Shown here in pieces: positions 42,049 through 53,790 of a DNA stretch of 64,000 nt (position 1 is the stretch's first letter; every line of letters starts with the position of its first letter). Origin of the DNA: Lepidodermella squamata (lineage: Eukaryota; Animalia; Gastrotricha). A program made the position numbers and the translations under genes. Under the pieces are notes generated by a model. That model was not told where the DNA came from. It ran no database searches and saw nothing but the letters and a program-made list of their open reading frames with translations. The DNA is taken from contig JBLDXI010000021.1 in the NCBI GenBank assembly GCA_047495785.1, positions 1,612,001 through 1,676,000 on the forward strand. Reading direction: 5' to 3'.

Positions 42049-43692
42049 TTTCGAAGCCTCTGTTTATGGTTTAAAATTGATGAAAGTTTACTTTGATAAA
42101 TTCTATATTATTCGAGAACATGTTTGTAATCAAATTCTGAACGTGTGAACCCGCGTTACTTATTTGTCAAAACGGCTGGTGCAAGCGATAAATGAAACAT
42201 GTTGTAGTTTTTGCCTTCTTGATACGTGATCAGAGTTTGTATTTTTTGCTATGATGATAATGGAGTTTATACCTAAAGCGAATGCTCTTGGTAGCTATTC
42301 GTTCTGAGACCTGCCTGGTTGTCCTGACTCCCCGGTTGATGTGAATGTAGTCATGGAGCTGCGTGGTCGCAAGGATTGCCTATAATTATTGTACTTCAAT
42401 TTAGTCATTGTTAAAATTTTCTTGTACAACTGTACTTATAGTTTCTTCTCGGAATATTCTCTTCATGTTTTTCTTATCTCCTATTCTCGCTTTCCATCTA
42501 AATCTACTTACTTTTTGAAGCGATGGAAAATTGATGTCGTGTAACATTCTGTAAATTTAGTCTGTCGACTTCCTGCCTGACCTTCCGAACGGTGTTAGCA
42601 GATTTTGTTTGATAATGATATCCATTTTTTACGCGCGGATAGAATAGAAACATGTTTTATGTATAGAATAATGGATCGAGGCTTACTATGATTCATGTAG
42701 TCTTTTCAATGCGTATTTCCAAGTGTTACTTGCTGTCCTCTTTCGGTAGACGGATAAAACGCGAATATTAGTGTAATTTTCGTACTGGTATACGCACATG
42801 CATTGATTTCCATTTTTTCCACTGCGCGTGTAAGATCTTAGTGGAACTTTGTGGTTAACGAATGAAGGTTTGTGGATTCGCTTATGCCACAATAAAGATT
42901 ATTGGTGATATGTTGGTTGAAAACCGGAGCTGTAGAAAATCTGAGTGTTGCTTTCTTTCCGCCTCAAGCTAACACATGTCTGATTTTTTAATGAATGTAT
43001 TAAAATTATATCGCGACTGTTAGCCTGTTTTATTATAAATATAATATTCAGAGATCAATTATAAATTCTGTATTTTCGAACTTCGGATATTTGCATGGTG
43101 TCGCGTCGTCATTTTGCTGAATAGAAGACTTCCCAAAACGAACTTGCAATCACTAGAATACAAATGTGTGTTTGTGTGTGAAACAAACTTTATGATACCT
43201 TGTGAGTGACACTTGATGCCGACGACGAACTGATTATTCGCATGTTGTAAATATTGTGGTATGAATGAATTTTGACACGCGGCTCGGGATGAGTCGCTGG
43301 AACATTGTAACAGACATGAATCGCACGTGCCTAATCAGTTGGAGTGAAACTCGCCAAGGAATGTTTTTATTAAAAGATTGTTGCCAACGGAGAGAAAACA
43401 AATAAATGCATATAAAACCGAAGTTCTTGCTGACTTTTTTGTTGCGGTTATGGCACTTCAAGTGATAGCTGAGTTTCAGGCTCATCGCTCAATGATCTTA
43501 CAAGAGTGATCATATATAAGAATTTGCAACTGTAAACAACAGCTGGACATCCAAAATTTATATATCAGCAAACCAGAAAAGTTTTCAGTGAGCCGCCGAG
43601 GAGATTCTTCAAGCGTCTATGAGTTACTCTAAAATTAAAAAGACCACGGGAGATTCTTGCTATCTCCTCCTACCCCCTTGAACCTTTTGATA

Positions 43693-43735
43693 CCGTAATT
43701 TGGGGTGACTTTGGTTAGTGAGGTGACATTGGCAT
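43693..43735. mobile_element. Left TIR of a pogo/Tc1-type element (same family as 34636-35030)
   Basis: TA|CCGTAATTTGGGGTGACTTTGG..GAGGTGACATTGG resembles the 34636 left end. Confidence 0.65.
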
Positions 43736-43779
43736 AGTTTTTGCGATCGACTTTCATTAAATAAAATCTTGGCAAATCG

Positions 43780-44422
43780 GGGCGTCCCCCACTTGAGCAT
43801 TTCCCATTTGCGCATTAAATTTTGGTAAATTTTGTAGCGCTTGCGCATTTATTTTCGAATTATCAGGTTAGCTTCGTTATTAGGACATTTCATTATAAGA
43901 TTTTTTATAGAAAAAAGTAGTCATAATGAAATGCAATAGCTTGAGGCAATTGGCGTGGCCTTCGGGTTTCATAAACCTTGCTATTAACGGAATTTGCAGA
44001 AAACTAGGGCATTTCGTTCTTTTTCTTGCCAGAGTCGATAGTTAGACCACGTGAGGCTCAATCTAGGAAATTAAGACCATTCAACAAGCTCGGTTTGTCA
44101 AGCTGAGAGTAAGCTTGTTTGTTATTTTGATGTATCCCCGAGAAGGTTAAAGAAGGGTTAAAGTCGTGAATCGAGTCTTAATGATCAATTTTCTTCGCTA
44201 GAAACTACATGGAACTGGAAGTTGCCGGAAAGGAAACCTACCCGATATCATTTGATTTTATCGATACCCAATATTTTCCATAAAAATCTCATAATTGAAT
44301 GTCCTAATAACGAAGCTAACCTGATAATTCGAAAATAAATGCGCAAGCGCTACAAAATTTACCAAAATTTAATGCGCAAATAGGAAATGCGCAAGTGGGA
44401 AATGCGCAAGTGGGGGTAATTC
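43780..44422. mobile_element. Long-TIR MITE with 8-bp target site duplication (hAT/Merlin/MULE-type)
   Basis: About 130-bp near-perfect TIRs (43786-43916 vs 44273-44416) with TGCGCA subrepeats. GCAAATCG is duplicated at 43772-43779 and 44423-44430, symmetrically 6 nt outside the CCCCC/GGGGG. Confidence 0.85.
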
Positions 44423-44549
44423 GCAAATCGATATGCAGACCCCCTCAATATGGAAGTCGCCGGAAAGCCAGTAACGAGTAGAAACAGATAGTGCAGTGAA
44501 AGTAACTATCAGGTACAAGCATGAATTGTAGTGGACAGGTAACGGTGTT

Positions 44550-44992
44550 CAAAGTCACCCGAAGCATGTTAGATGCTGACTTTGTACCACTCAAATATCG
44601 AAGCCAGCAACGTGAAGACCCCATGAGTGGGATAGCCTGTAAGCAGAGTGGTTCGAAAATGCCATTCGATTTTGATTTTGATTGCATCGATTCCTTTGGT
44701 AAGTCACCCAAATTCCATGAGACGTACTATAGAGGCATAGTACGTCTCATACCAAATTCTACCGGAAATAGAACTTTTTTTAAAAATTCCCCCCTAACTT
44801 TACCTGTCATTTTATACTCGGTAATAATTCGGATTGGTGTACATTGTACACATCTAGGCCTGGCTTTCCTTGGGCTATCCAGCGGTATCTCACTCATGGG
44901 GTCTTTACCTTGCCGGCTTCGATATTTGAGTGGCCAAAGTCACCCCTTTTTGACATTTCAAAGTCGCCCCACTGGCCAAAGTCACCCCACGG
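44550..44992. mobile_element. Diverged copy of the pogo/Tc1-type MITE family
   Basis: Inverted arms CCACTCAAATATCGAAGCC..AAGACCCCATGAGTG / CACTCATGGGGTCTT..GGCTTCGATATTTGAGTGG; repeated AAAGTCACCCC; ends CACCCCACGG|TA; shares GGATAGCC/GGCTATCC with the 34636 copy. Confidence 0.75.
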
Positions 44993-45670
44993 TAGCTTGG
45001 CAACTCTTCAAATTACCAATCGTCTGAGGCGGCGGCCGATTTTTTTCAATACCTTTCATGACATTCTGATGATTAGTGCTTTGAATGACGGGAAATCTTT
45101 AGGTAATCCTTTTACCCGAGTCTGATGCGTTTCCGGATTTTAGAATGGAAGCTTAAATGTTGATTGGCGAATGAACTGGCTGGGCCTGATATGCATCTGC
45201 TGTCCATAGTTCGATCATTATCTGGAGTGAAATGATGAATGGCACGTGCTCTCCAACTCTCGGATCTCTATAAACGAAAATATTAACGTAATTCAAATTA
45301 GGCCTTCATGATATTTTCCGCGGCTTATCATCGCAAAAAGAGGTGTTGTTTGCTATGTGATTGAACTTGCGAAAAATTCTCTTTACTCAAGGATAACAAT
45401 GTGATACAAAGTGTAAGGTTCTCTTCAATTATTTTGTATCGCCTGTAGCTAGCGCCTTCAACTGGCCTGGATACCTTTGATTAGCCAAGTCACATGCAAG
45501 TCACGTTTATCATCCAACAAAATAGCTAGAATTACTCATTTTTCTAATTACTGAACAACAAGACTTGCAACTCAATGAAGTACCATTTTATTGAGAATAT
45601 TATTTTCGTATCGTTACAAATAATTGAGTTGAAAGCCAGGAGAAATGACAAAGCGTACCGATTTCAAGAT

Positions 45671-48600
45671 TCAAGACTGAAAGCTCTGCTTCAGCTTGCT
45701 TAGAATGGAATTTTTTATATCCTCCTGCGTTTTCAGCTGAGCGGCCGATGTCCTGGTGGCGCCAGGCATCATCGGAATGCGGGGAACAGCACCGCTGGAC
45801 CCCAGCAAAGTGTTCGAGGATGAGGAGAAAGTTGTTTGTTTCGAAGAGCTGATGCTCGATGGCGGAACCACAACAGCGTCTTCCTCCTCTTGGCGCCGAA
45901 GAGCTTTTAAGCGCTGCAAAACATTTATGGCTTTGATTTCTTCTCCTAATTTAACAGGTTCCGAAACTATGGGAGTTTTTGGTGCCACAGAAGTTTTTCC
46001 AACTTTGCTTCGATTGCCCAGCACCATTACTACGTCGTCTTCGTTGAGTTTCGTAGGATGCTGCTCAGCATTATTTCCGGGGTCGGTAGACTTCCCGCCG
46101 TCTAGCAACTCAAGCTGTTGCCAGGCCTCATCTTCGGGAGCTGATTCGCCGTTACCTTCAGCAACCATGACAGGGGTTGGTAAATTGGCAGGTGGGAGAG
46201 CAGGCCCTTCGACAACAATTTCGACAGATTTCGATCGATCTCTTCTCGAGGTTTTATCACGTCGTCTAGAAGAACGTGAATCCCTAGAATGCGAACGAGA
46301 CCGCTGCCTTTTTGACCTACGCGAAGAACGATCTGCACTTTCGTCCCGGTAGCGCCTGGAATCGCGGCGATGATGTCGCCGATGACCACCCCTCCTCGAC
46401 CGGCTACGACTTCTACTCCGGCTCCGACTCCTGCGCCGTCTGCTTTTAGCGCTCGAAGAATGCGATGAAGAAGATGATGACGAGGAATGACGGCTGCGAG
46501 AACGCCTTCGCCGATCTTGCTTCCTATCAACTTTATTTTCAGGCTGTTGATTAGAAGCAGTAATCGTTGACTGGGTAGTGCTGCTGACAACAGGCTGACC
46601 ACTAATAACAGGGTCGACAGTATCACTCGACTTTTCGGATTCACCGCTTGGCTGTTGCAATTTTCTCTCGATTTGAATTTTCGCGTAGCGTTCTCGAGCT
46701 AACGACAGCAGCCGAGAAAGCCTTTGTTGCTCCTCCTCCTTGCGCTTTTGCTCTGCCAGTTGCTCCGGGGTTGGGCCAGTTTGTTCGATATCGAATGCGC
46801 TCATCTTGTCGCTTGTCACCGAGCTCATAGCATCGTTTGATTCAGACGGATTCAGCTCGTCATCCAAAGTGCTGTCAATATCTAGATGGCCCATATTTTG
46901 GGACGGCTGTTTCTGATGCAACTCAAATTTGATCTTCTGCTGCACTCTCTCCAACCACGTCTTCTGTGAAACAGCGATTCGTTGCCGATAATAGGCGTAG
47001 TACATGTTATCGGGTTTGACAAAGTCAAAACGATTGTCCTCGCGTAAGCGTACTTTTTCTTCGAATGCCGGCCCATTCCTCGCAACGTAATCTGCCAATT
47101 TATCGACATAGACTTTGACATCAGGGGGTGGCGGAACAACACGGCCTGTCGACACCAGTTTTACATCCGGCTGTGGCGAAGCTTGCGGCGACTCGGTTGA
47201 AGTTTTGCTGTGTCCTGGTGACGAAGTGGCAGTTTCTTCTGCCTTAGGTGCCACGATAGGCTTTAATCTTTCTAGCAATCTGCCGTAAGATGTTTCATAA
47301 ACGTTAACTTGCGGCTGATGAACCGATGACGCAAGTGATGGGTGCAAATCGTTTTTCCTCTGATGAGACGAGGCGAAGAGAGATGGGTGCAAATAGCCGC
47401 CATCGTCATCGCTGTCGTCACTGCAAGTGTCAGAATCAGCTTCAGTAGGCCGCTGCGGGAGGTCTACAATCACAGGTTTGTGCTTGCCTGCTTTGATCAA
47501 GCGAACAAGTTGTTTGTAATAGGAATTCAACTCGTGACCAAAAGTCAAGAAAGCAAATTGCGGATCTTTGGCCTTGTCCATTTTCATCTTAATTTCCATC
47601 TGTTCGCCAGCTTTCGCGACAAAAGCAGCCGTTCTTTCGATGATTTGCTGCTGCCTCTTCAACGCAGGCTTTAAAAAATCAACAAATTATTACGAATAAC
47701 AATTACCAAGATTCACCATTACCATAATAGTGGACGGTGCCATTAGTTCGATCAATTCATTAGACGCAACAAAAGGCTCCAACATCGCTAGCTCAAGATC
47801 TGGCGGAGGTCTTGGCCCCATCGGTTCTGCATCGACTGGTTCCTCAGGTCGCCCATTGCCATTGCCCTCGTAGGAAAAGCCGACAGCGTTATATCCACCG
47901 CGTTCAGACCGCGCGATTTCTTCCGTGAATCGTTTCACCTCCTCTTCTGAAATTTCAAGAATAAATATTGTTATAATAATATAAAATGAGGTCATTTTAC
48001 CTTGCAAAGCTTCAGAATCTGCGTCAATGGCAGCGAAAAGGTCACAATACCTTTCATAGTCGATCTGAGCTTCTAGCTCCACTTCAGACTCGGTCAGTTG
48101 ATTACTCGCCGGGTCAATACAGGCTGAGTCGTACGGCTTCAAGTCGAGCAGATGGCCTCGCCCATCGAACCTTAACAAAAGAAAAACGGGACACGTCAGC
48201 AACATGCCTCAATACTTGACGTTGAACCCTCAATAAGAAATAGTTTTAATCAAATAATCAATCGAATCACGGTAAATAATTCCATGAATCGATTGTCAGA
48301 TCTATACCATGATGATTGAGCTCCTTATTGCCAAATGCCGGAAGACATCCGATGTTCCTAAATCAAAACATAAAACAGATCAGTAATCAAGCAAGAAATG
48401 AATAGTTATTTGAAGCATTCAATAAAACTCTAATCCACTTCATTTTCGAGCGTGAAATTGAAAGCTACATGGCGGAAACCCAATTTTTCAAATGGTTCAA
48501 TTTTTTAAACTTTCAAGTATAAAAGCAGTAAGGGCTCACCTGTTCCAAATGATGCTGCATGGATAGCTGCCTCGCCGAGCTAGCTGAGAGGTAAAAATGA

Positions 48601-48849
48601 GTATCAATTCGACCCGCTTAGGAGTCGCAACAAAATGCACAGGAACCCATGCTTTCAGAGAGGTCAAATTGCACCCGGCGCTACCACACCAACGTACCTA
48701 TCTATCAGTGTGTCCGAATGACCATTCCACGGCATCACCATTCGCTCGATTTCTACCGCCGTTTCGTCGTCTCGAAAGAGCTTAGCTGCGTAGCCGAAAA
48801 CAAACAGCTCATCGTTATCGAAGCGGGTGTTCCTTGCGTTGTTAGCCAT
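45671..48849 (-). CDS. SFSWAP: Splicing factor suppressor of white-apricot homolog, 4 exons
   Basis: DRY_EERY domain [20 protein letters not shown]|FDGRGHL; two SURP motifs ([22 protein letters not shown]; [22 protein letters not shown]); RS-rich region. Confidence 0.93.
48540..48583 (-). other. Candidate poison cassette exon in SFSWAP intron 1
   Basis: Acceptor ACTCATTTTTACCTCTCAG, donor CAG|GTGAG, 44 nt; joining to exon 1 (phase 2) reads AGC TAG. Confidence 0.55.
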
Positions 48850-49065
48850 CAAATTAGGACGCGCATTAATCGCTATTAAATTCTAACGAAGTAAGACGAG
48901 CAATTTATTGTCATTCAACACGTTTTAAACATCATTAATAAGCGCTTAGCGCTTCAAGCGAAAGTTAAATTCATGTGTAGAATCATAATGAAGTTGACCG
49001 TTAGAACGGTCTGAGAGCAAACTACTAATCGGCGGAATGAAAAATTTTGACCGGGAAAGTAGAAT

Positions 49066-50392
49066 TTACGAAAGCCTCTTAGCTTTGCCGTAAAGCTGGT
49101 CAATAACACGGCCCAACTCGGAGACAATGTCGATAGCTGATCCGAACGTTTTGTCCTCTGGCGGTTCCGTGAACACGATGAGAACACCCTCGCCTTGATC
49201 CAAAATGCAGCTGATCTTTTTGTCAAGAATCAGTTGCGACAACTTCTTTTCGACCAAGTCAATCGGCAGATTTATTTGAGTGGCCAAGTGCTGAACCTGC
49301 ACGCGCGAGTACGGCTCAATGAGCTTGATCAGATTCTGTTCCAACATGTCGTTGTACAACGTGTCCAGATGCGCATGAATAACAGGGTCGTTGACCAACT
49401 GCGGACCGAACTGCTCGATCGCCTTCTTGAAGTCAGCCAGGGAACGCTTGTCAGCAGCGTCGGCAACCGCTCGCATCGCGTCAATATCAACACCGCGATA
49501 TTTCAACGCCAACTTTCCTTGAATGATGCCGGGAACATCGCTGGCATGATGCAGCATGATCTTTGCCAGCAGCATGTACTTCAGAGCCAACAAAGCCTTG
49601 TTCGAACCAACCGAATCAAAAGCTTCAAAAGCTTCATAGAAGTAAGAATAGGCGGTCTTGAAATCATTTTCATCAGCAGCATGCAAAATTCCGGATTGGA
49701 GATCGAGCGTGGCTTGCATTTTCGGCGGGGTGTATATTGAGTTAGCGGCCATCCTGGCTGCGGTCAGCGCAGCACGGGCTTTCGGAAGGTTACCCAGAGA
49801 AGAATAAACCTTGCTCTCTAATAGGTGGACTTCAGCTAGCAACTGCTTGTCATCCAGCTTTTTCAACTCGCGCAAGAGTGCCGAAGCCAACTGCAAGGCG
49901 TCTTGGTAGCGACCTACGTCGTAGTAAAGTGTGGTCAAACGCGCCTCGAGAGCTTGTTGCAGGTAAAATCGCTTCTCCTCCTTGGCCCAGTCCACACATT
50001 CCAGACAGAGGTTGACCTCAATACCTGTTCCAGCTTCCATGTCCAAAAACATATCGACAAGTTGGCGGACCAATTTTGCTGCCTTTGCTTTGCTAATCTG
50101 ACCCAAAAATGGGCGAACAAAGCGAATCAACTCAGCCATTTCTGTAAAAAACGCAGCGCATGTAGAGATTTTTTCAATAATAACAACTCATACCATGGCT
50201 TTTCTTCGTCCGTACAAACAATTTAGCCAGTTCGACGACGGCTTGTTCCTTGAGCTTGATCGATTCTTCATCGTCGGCGATTTCAGACTTCACGAGGTTG
50301 CTGTACTCGATGACTGCCTTGTCAGGGTGGAGAACGGCTAGAGCTTGAGCGTTCTCTAGGCCAGTTTGTAAAACTTCAACCGTAGTGATCAT
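49066..50392 (-). CDS. PSMD11: 26S proteasome non-ATPase regulatory subunit 11 (Rpn6), 2 exons
   Basis: [58 protein letters not shown] domain [20 protein letters not shown]. Confidence 0.97.
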
Positions 50393-50524
50393 TTTGAGAA
50401 AACGACAATAAAATCTACAGAAAATACATTCAAATCAACTTTCATTCGTGAATACAAAAATAAAATATCAGCTAGATTCACTGGGATATAAGTAAAATAG
50501 ACATAAACAAGATTCAGGCAGGCG

Positions 50525-51567
50525 TCAACTTTGAGGAAGAAAATATCCATTTATCGCAGCCAAGGCATCACTGATTCTACTTTCGACTTTGACGTCACAC
50601 ATCTTGTCACCTCGAGTTTTCCCAATATTTATGATGAGAATTGGCTTTTTCTGGTTGTAAGCCTCCTTTACGAACCGAAATGCCGAGTAGGTCTAAACGG
50701 GATGAAATTAATAATGTTAACAGATATTTTTCAGGATGGTTAAACCTCAAGCGAGCTGCCAATAACCAGCAACGATTTTGCTGCCCCAACTTTCTGAAAG
50801 CACTCGTCTACTACTGGCTTTGGGACATTCTCGCCAAAGAAGACGACGTTAGGTTTCACGATACCGTTGCATTTTGGGCAGTGCGGTGTCTAATTAACAA
50901 CAAATTGACGATTATTTATTTCATAGGCAATAATAAAATTTACTAGCCTTGAATCTTGCGACATCATCTGTGCTGATGGCAACGTCTCCATCGGGAGCTA
51001 TGGAGTCGCTCTGTGCAGCCCAGCCGACATTCAAGGACGAGATGTATTTCTGAAAGGCGTGGCGATTCGATTCAAAATTGCAACTCAAGCACTTAACAAT
51101 TGCTGTGGTTCCATGAAGTTCTGTGACCTGCTTACTTCCTGCCTTATGATGCAATCGGTCAACATTCTGAGTTATAAGCCAAGAAATAAGCCCGGTTTCT
51201 TGCCATTTAGCTATCAAGTTGTGAGAAAAGTTAGGTAGAGTCGATGAAAATGTCGGCCATGCAACATAATTCCTAGCCCAATAACGCTGACGAAGATCAG
51301 TTCTCGAGATGAAATCCTTCGAACAAAGAGTTGACAGCAAATGAGGTCTCAGAATTCATGCCTTACTTGGTATTGGATCGGTCTGTTCTTAGATGTAGCG
51401 TACAAACCCACACCTGCGGAACGGTAATCTGGTATGCCGGATTCGGTGCTAATGCCAGCCCCAGTTATCACGACAAATGGCCGAAAATCGGAGAGATAGT
51501 AAGTCATCAGGGAGATTTTGTTCGGATCGAAAGGTTCGTGGCAAACAGGAACAAATCTGCGCAGCAT
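50525..51567 (-). CDS. SIRT4: Mitochondrial sirtuin 4, 4 exons
   Basis: TGAGISTESGIPDYRSAGVGLY, RQRYWARNYVAWP, ITQNVDRLHHKAGS, ELHG, APDGDV, KPNVVFFGENVP, GSSLE|TYSAFRF. Intron 2 (50947-50890) is GC-AG. Confidence 0.93.
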
Positions 51568-51679
51568 TATGACGGGATGAGAATTTAAAGAGTCTAAATC
51601 AAAATAAAGCGGGCAAGTTTGAAATCAATTTACCAGTAGAACCTTTTTTAGTGAGAATATAGAAAAATAAAATAGAGCA

Positions 51680-52216
51680 TCAGCGGTCATCGCGAGTTAA
51701 AAATGAATCGCTCAGCAAGAATTCGATTTTCGGCAATGAGTTTAATAAAGATTCTACCCCCTCCTTGCTGCTGACATATACTTCAGCTTCTACAGCTCGC
51801 GCCATCGGTGAATTAGAAGTCCATGCTGCTGTTTTCAAGTTTTTTATTATGGTCGATTCACTCCAGAGAAAGGATAGTAGTGCATCGTCGTCGAGCTCCG
51901 CGAAAACCACCTCCGAATCACATGAAGGTAACGCTAGAGTCGATCGATGATCGTTAGCACTGGCGAACCATAGCTCCTTGAATGACGTCAGCAGAACATT
52001 CTCCGCTCGTTTGCATATAGTATCTTCGCTTAAACTGGAATCGGATAAAACCACAGGCTGCGGATCAGAATTTTTGAAAGGATCATTGATTGCAGTTGAA
52101 GGAATGCTTTCAACAGGTAATTCACTGGAACCGACCGACCACTCTGCTTGAAAAGATGGGGCTACCGTGGACGACTCAAAATCACCAAAGTCGTCGTCAA
52201 AATCATCGGTGCTCAT
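51680..52216 (-). CDS. Short aftiphilin/CLBA1-like clathrin/AP-1 accessory protein (intronless, 178 aa)
   Basis: N-terminal DDFDDDFGDF gamma-ear-binding motif, FQAEW, FLWSESTIIKNL (clathrin-binding-box-like) and C-terminal LLNSLPKIEFLLS. Confidence 0.55.
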   Translation of the reverse strand: MSTDDFDDDFGDFESSTVAPSFQAEWSVGSSELPVESIPSTAINDPFKNSDPQPVVLSDSSLSEDTICKRAENVLLTSFKELWFASANDHRSTLALPSCDSEVVFAELDDDALLSFLWSESTIIKNLKTAAWTSNSPMARAVEAEVYVSSKEGVESLLNSLPKIEFLLSDSFLTRDDR

Positions 52217-53274
52217 TCAAAATATCACCTAGCAAAAACAGTAACATTTGGTTAACAAGCAGGCGTCAGGGATGACTTTGATAGCAAAAACAAGGGTGTT
52301 AATTCCTCGGGGAGCGGGGAAATACCCCTTGTTTTTACCCATTCCATATGACCAAGTCTTGCTGCACGTCAGCGAATCAACAAACAGAAGAGACATAGAT
52401 GAGTCATGGAGACATAGAAAGCAAAATAAGTAGCAGTATATATTTTACAGCCCGCAAAGTAGATTTAAGTGGTATAGACAGCGCTTGAATGCGAGAGGAT
52501 GAAGTATTTATGTTCTTCACATGGCTTGGGTTGATGCGGGATAATGTCTAGTTTAGTTTTATTTAGTTTAGTTTTATTTTGCTCCGTAAACATGATGAAT
52601 ATATGTATGTATCTATCACATAGATACTAGTTAATTATATATAACAAATTATATATTAGTCGATCAGGAGCCAGGGACACATATGCGCCCTGTCCGTCTG
52701 TCACCCATAATTCGACCCCAGGCGCAGAGCACAGGGCTGACACAGCAGAATGCAAAGAAAACGAATAAAAATATAGCTATTATCTACATGATCAATTGGA
52801 CATTTGCGGGATAAAGAATGCCTTGGCGGCTTTGAAACGAAAGGTCGAGCTAGTCAGCATGCGAATGAGGATTGAGGAGGTCAATCTGACCTCATGCCTT
52901 TGAGCTTTGAGCCTTGCGCCTTGCGTACTAGTGCCGTCCGACTGCGTGGGTTTGAGACTGCGATTTCCGGAGCTACAGAGCCCGCGATTCATCATGGTTT
53001 CAGAATTAAACAATTCGGCTCGACGACAAGAACTTGGAGCACTTCTGATTTGACGATGAACGTAAAAAAAAGCTGCTGACTTTTAAAAACTCGAGATTTT
53101 CCGGATTAAAAATAATTTCACTTATATTACAGAGGATGTGTTTTAAATTAATTCTTGTTAGAGGAAATGTTAAAATTTCACCGAAAATATCAAGATTAAA
53201 AAAATATTCAGCGCAGTGAAAACGCGCCAAAAAATTTTTCGGCCCGCTTTTGCCCGCTTCAATATCAGCGGCCA

Positions 53275-53790
53275 ATTGATTAGAAGTCTACCTCAAAAAA
53301 TTACGTTTCCTCACAGTGAACCAATTTAGGTTTCGAGCTAGCCACAACTTTGAGTCGTGCTTACTAACAATTCTTTACGATTGCCGAATAGCCGACTAGA
53401 CAAAAGTAAATGCGTCGGATTGGTTTGCATCGACCTAAAACAGGCGTTTGATTCCCGTATTGCAGGCCTGATATCTGCTGTTAGCTCTGCTGGCCTTTTG
53501 GCAGCGCTGCTCACCCTTGGTTTCGTGCTTACCTGAGTTCTCAGCGCGTGAAAACGTCCCCTGAAATCTCGGACACGGCGCCTATCTCGTACGGGCTCAT
53601 TCAAGGCTCGATTCCCAACCCACTAATGTTATTTTATCATTTTCATCAAGGAATTGCGAGTTCAGTGCAAAGACAGCATCGCATTGCCGTTGCCGATAAC
53701 GAAGCGATCGGAGCCAAGGCGAAGCCAACAGAGGCGGAACTTTTGGCGGATATTAGCGATTGGCGACTCCAACACTCATAGGGTAAATCG
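53275..53790 (+). mobile_element. Decayed non-LTR retrotransposon (CR1/L2/Jockey-like) reverse transcriptase fragment
   Basis: Across frameshifts: YLKKLRFLTVNQFRFRASHNFES (QFGFRxxHS), GLVCIDLKQAFDS (DLxKAFD), YGLIQGSIPNPLML (GVPQGSxLxP) and AVADNEAI (YADD), in the correct order. Confidence 0.8.

Noticed and set aside
42251-42307. ATGATGA...CTGA resembling a C/D box snoRNA
   Set aside because: Short, no terminal stem, and no rRNA-complementary guide that I can recognise.
44521-45027. 168-aa ORF as a possible transposase
   Set aside because: Lies within a palindromic MITE, with no DDE or HTH features.
45756-46644. 198-aa and 180-aa ORFs overlapping SFSWAP
   Set aside because: Alternative-frame or antisense artefacts of low-complexity RS coding sequence.
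49195-49740. 181-aa antisense ORF in PSMD11
   Set aside because: Codon-bias shadow of a highly conserved gene.
53312-53318. CACAGTG heptamer suggesting a RAG/Transib terminus
   Set aside because: Falls inside the LINE RT reading frame, with no nonamer or matching inverted end.
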